A DNA stretch of 64,000 bases from Antedon mediterranea (lineage: Eukaryota; Animalia; Echinodermata). The stretch covers positions 8,804,001 to 8,868,000 of the forward strand of contig NC_092671.1 of the NCBI RefSeq assembly GCF_964355755.1, in the 5' to 3' direction. The first letter of the stretch is position 1, and each line of letters begins with the position of its first letter. The notes beneath the pieces were generated by a model, which saw only the letters and a list, made by a program, of their open reading frames with translations, did not search any database and was not told the DNA's origin. The translations under genes and the position numbers were made by a program. Below, piece by piece: positions 61,001 through 64,000 of this stretch.

Positions 61001-63784
61001 TATCAAATACCTCCTTGTTCAATCAAGTTGAAAATATTTATGACTGTTACTAGGCTTCTCCAAGTTGTTTATGTTAGTGGTGATAATAAGTTTATGGGAT
61101 GTAACCAGTTGTTACTGTCTGATTGGTATTCAGTCTTGGTTGTTCTGAGAGACTGGTTGTGTATGTTCATTCTGTACCAACCAAGTGGAAGCATAGGTAC
61201 CTTTGTGTCCAAATGAGCCATAACTAACATCTGCAGAGCACATGTTGCCCTAATGTCAACATACTTTGATTAGCTATACCTTTGAGCACACTTGGGATTC
61301 TACGGTAGGAGTATACATTTTCTCCTTCCATAAGACTTGAAACAATTGTGGCATTCAGAACATTCTGATAAATCATGGTGCTTACTTTTCCGGTTCTACT
61401 TATATTGAATATAGTTTATTACAGAGCGTCTAGTCTTGATGTTGAGGTCTTAGAAGAGGTTAGTATTATTTGTTTTTTTAAGGATTTACTGAGTTTTTGG
61501 TTTGTTTTAAGGCCTTTTCACACAGAACTTCGGCAATATTGCGGTAAGCAAGCCGGCGTTATTGCCGGTCTAAACCCATTCACACAGAAGGTAATATTAC
61601 GGTAATTTTACCGTCTTCTGTGTGAAAGGCCACAGTGGAAAGGCGCAATATTTAAAGATTACTGTCTTCATAAAATAGAGGTCGCACTTTTTGAGGAGAA
61701 AAAAAATGGCGGGCACCTGCCGCCGGCGACAACATGCCATGCGCGTACTTGTTTGCTGATGTTGTTTTGTGTGTCCGTCGTTTAGTTTTTTTATTTACGA
61801 TGCATAAAATTTATATTTTTGCCCAACGCCACTCCGTGCTAATAACTGCCCGATCGTGATGGCCATTCTACAGAAACAAAATCTATTAGGCCTACACGCG
61901 AATTTAATTATCAGAAGCTGTTATGAGCTAGCACCGGGAGCGCGCACCGGAGGATGTTCCTGCTAGAACTATGCTAACTAGGGCCTAGGCTTACGTACGC
62001 TACAGCAAGTTAAATAATCTTTGGACCAACATCTGTTATATTTTTATTATTATTGGCCGTATTCTTCCATTGTATTATTTACAAACTAACCTAAAAATAT
62101 ATATATATATAATGGATATAATCTAATAATTTGGCCTAAAGTAATTGCCACAGTCTTTCTCAATCAAGGAAAATGTCCCGAATTTATCCTTGCTTCACTG
62201 CGTAAGCAGGCGTTATATCGTGGACTCTTCACACAGATCAGGCTTACGACCGTGACGGTAATATTACCGCAATTTTACTAGGTCCAGAGGCGGTCTAACG
62301 GAAGCCGGCATTAAGGGGTTTTTACCCTTTCACACATAAGCCGGCATTCGCGAATTACCGCAATATTACCGTCTTACAGCTCTGTGTGAAAGGGGCTTTA
62401 GTATCACATTCATAGTACAGTGACAAATGCATATTCAGTACTGTACTCAGTATGGTATATATCTTATTTTTCTACTTTTGCTTACTGACTGTATTCTTTA
62501 TACTGATATTGATAGTGTAATGTAATAGATATCATTATCATCACCATACTGTGGTCTGGTATTGTCAAAGTTAGTAAGTATTGTTGTCACATGTGTTCCT
62601 GATGCATATAATAATAAAATTTGGGTGGGAAAATGGTGTTTTTCAACCCTCCCCATCCTCCTTGTTGGTATAAAGACATTCTTTCATTATTATTATAATG
62701 CGAGTCCATGTATAAATATTCACCTGGATCTATCAGTTTATTTGATAAACTGTATTTTTACTGTAGAAATAAGTAGAATTGAAAAATTGAAATGATGTTA
62801 AGATTCTTGTATTTATTTTAGTTAATTAAGTTTTATTAATTAAGTACAGTAAGTTAATGCTGTTTTACTATTCTTGTGTAGGTTAGTTTAAATACAGTAC
62901 ACTTGTTCTAATTTAAAAGTACTACTAATACAGTTAGAACTCTAAGCCCTACTGTACGTATAATGTGCCACCTTGTTCAGAAACATTTTTTTTTTATATT
63001 TAAGGTCTATATTAATCAAGTAAAGTAACATCATTTTAATGTTGGTGGTTATAATACTTGTAGTAAACACACTTTATTTATATACAAGTATATCATAAAT
63101 AGGTACTGTATGTTTTAATTATGGAGTGTAACAATTGAATACAATAATATGCTTTATCAATACAGAATTCATAAAACTCCAATAATAACTTGGTGTCTGT
63201 TAAATAAGTTTAGGTTCTATACAATTTCAAAATATGTTTCTTACATCAATTGTTTGTTATATTTCGTAACATTTCTCAGTATGTTTTACCAAGTGGTAAT
63301 TACTTTTGTATGTGGTAACATTTAATAATGACTGTACTAATGCTTTTTCTTTTTATAACAGCTTTCTACCTAGAAATTTAAAATGCCAAATCCCTGCTTC
63401 TTGAATTAACAAAATGTAATCATCAGGAAATTAATAATATTTTAATAATATGTAGTTGTTTTTCTGAAGCTTAAAATCCACCTCCATTTGCAATCAATCC
63501 TCGTCAGAAGCCATAAACAGCTACTTGCTATTTATTGTTCTGATAGATAGTTTTGCTTAACATTGTACTGTACGAGATTTTAATATTATTATTGCCCGTG
63601 GCTTCTCTAATTGAGGCATTACAAATGGACCGCTTTTGTAGATTTAGGCGCCGTTGAATTTGGAGTGTTTTCATTGCAGAGTTCTGGAAGCGGGGCAGGT
63701 ATCGACAATTTTCAAAATGATGGCGCAATAACTGAGATAAACGCCATAATATCTGAAGTAACAGAATCATTCACAATGATTTCA
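34099..63784 (+). CDS. COL15A1/COL18A1-like: Collagen XV/XVIII (multiplexin), 5' portion: signal peptide, TSPN/LamG domain and Ser-Gly region; continues beyond the window
   Basis: Exons 34099-34130 and 34229-34305 encode signal peptide MHRHRSNMWLRIVTLITLTCTVVDISYG-QNE. Exon 49563-50122 encodes the TSPN domain (IDLLGIIGFPLP...DFTIRAVLKP...GGPLFGI...VASFIVP...WTRFSISV...LYFNCEEY). Exon 52128-52211 encodes GTVQELSITTDPLDAEFQCE. A probable exon at 63680-~63784 encodes SSGSG (donor uncertain). Phases are consistent and the TSPN aligns with the COL18A1 N-terminal domain. Confidence 0.85.
34755..36250. repeat. 78-bp minisatellite, 19 units, in multiplexin intron 2
   Basis: The CCATTA anchor recurs at 34797, 34875, 34961, 35039 and 35125, then every 78 bp to 36217. 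Two 86-bp variants form a 164-bp higher-order duplication at the left end. Degenerate units extend to ~36490. Confidence 0.97.
39606..39886. repeat. Tandem duplication, 133-bp period, 2 copies
   Basis: GTTGTTTACTTGTTTTAGACAGTAATGG... at 39611 and 39744; each copy ends in a C-run plus an A-run. Confidence 0.9.
41623..41850 (-). mobile_element. Deu-domain tRNA SINE, degraded copy
   Basis: Reverse-complement match to 4691-4950 (TGGCCAAGTGGTTAAGACAGT, GGGTTCAGGC, CCAGTGTACAC, CCTAGTACATC) with internal deletions. Confidence 0.7.
45558..45679. mobile_element. 122-bp hairpin MITE with 6-bp TSD
   Basis: ~38-bp TIR TATGGGC(G/A)GCCATTAGGGCCAAAATAGACAAACGTTGC; TSD GCTTAA at 45552-45557 and 45680-45685. 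Confidence 0.85.
50371..52057. mobile_element. hAT-like non-autonomous element (1687 bp) with 6-bp TSD
   Basis: TIR CAGGCCTCGAATTT; TSD AAACGC at 50365-50370 and 52058-52063; subterminal GGGCACCAAGGCCA repeats; no transposase ORF. Confidence 0.85.
52321..52608 (-). mobile_element. Deu-domain tRNA SINE, near full-length copy
   Basis: On the minus strand: TGGCCGAGCGGGTTAAG (A box), GGGTTCAAGGC (B box), Deu-like core and 3' GACTGAAGAGGTTACCCAGTATA. Colinear with 4691-5334. Confidence 0.8.
55345..55488. repeat. 48-bp tandem repeat x3
   Basis: TTGGTATCCCATGGTCACCTCAATACTGGCAATCTAGCTGTGTAACTT starting at 55345, 55393 and 55441. Confidence 0.9.
59087..59230. mobile_element. Small hAT-like MITE with 5-bp TSD
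   Basis: Imperfect TIR CAGATGCGGAT / ATCCGTGCCTG; ATAGG on both flanks (59082-59086 and 59231-59235). Confidence 0.55.
61510..62397. mobile_element. PIF/Harbinger-like non-autonomous element (888 bp)
   Basis: TIR AG(G/C)CC(T/C)TTTCACACAGA; TTA TSD; subterminal TTCACACAG and GGTAATATTACCG repeats. Confidence 0.85.
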
Positions 63785-64000
63785 GTAGGTATTCGTCTGT
63801 TGTGTTTGGTTTTCCGTGTGTATCCGTGGCTTTTACTAATAAAATTCACTAATCTTAATGTTTGGTTGTGGTTTTTGTTGTGAGCATGTTAATGTTTGTC
63901 TATGTTAAAAATTATTAATTTGGTGAAATTTGCATGAAATAATAAAAGTTAGTTCTGTATAGCAGGAAGTTGAAATTAACTACCCCTGCTGACAATAACC

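Overview
AT-rich animal genomic DNA with spliced genes. The Hox11/13-type homeodomain suggests an invertebrate deuterostome, probably an echinoderm (inference). I reconstructed five genes by hand from GT-AG exon phase. (1) The first coding exon of an LRMP/KASH5-like EF-hand protein (-, runs off the left edge). (2) A complete cortactin with 17 coding exons, about 567 aa (-). (3) A 4-exon Bcl-2-family gene most like BCL2L13/Bcl-rambo, about 305 aa (-). (4) A 3-exon posterior Hox11/13-type gene, about 255 aa (+), with non-Hox neighbours on both sides and so apparently outside a Hox cluster. (5) The 5' part of a collagen XV/XVIII (multiplexin) gene (+, runs off the right edge). Introns and spacers hold many non-autonomous DNA transposons with 3-, 4-, 5-, 6- and 8-bp target-site duplications (TSDs) and several SINEs. 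Other notable items are a 5S+tRNA+CORE chimeric SINE nested in a Deu-domain SINE, a minimal hammerhead ribozyme motif between two (TA)n tracts, a foldback element carrying regularly spaced kappaB-like palindromes, and a 78-bp minisatellite. All family assignments come from motif recognition; no database search was run.
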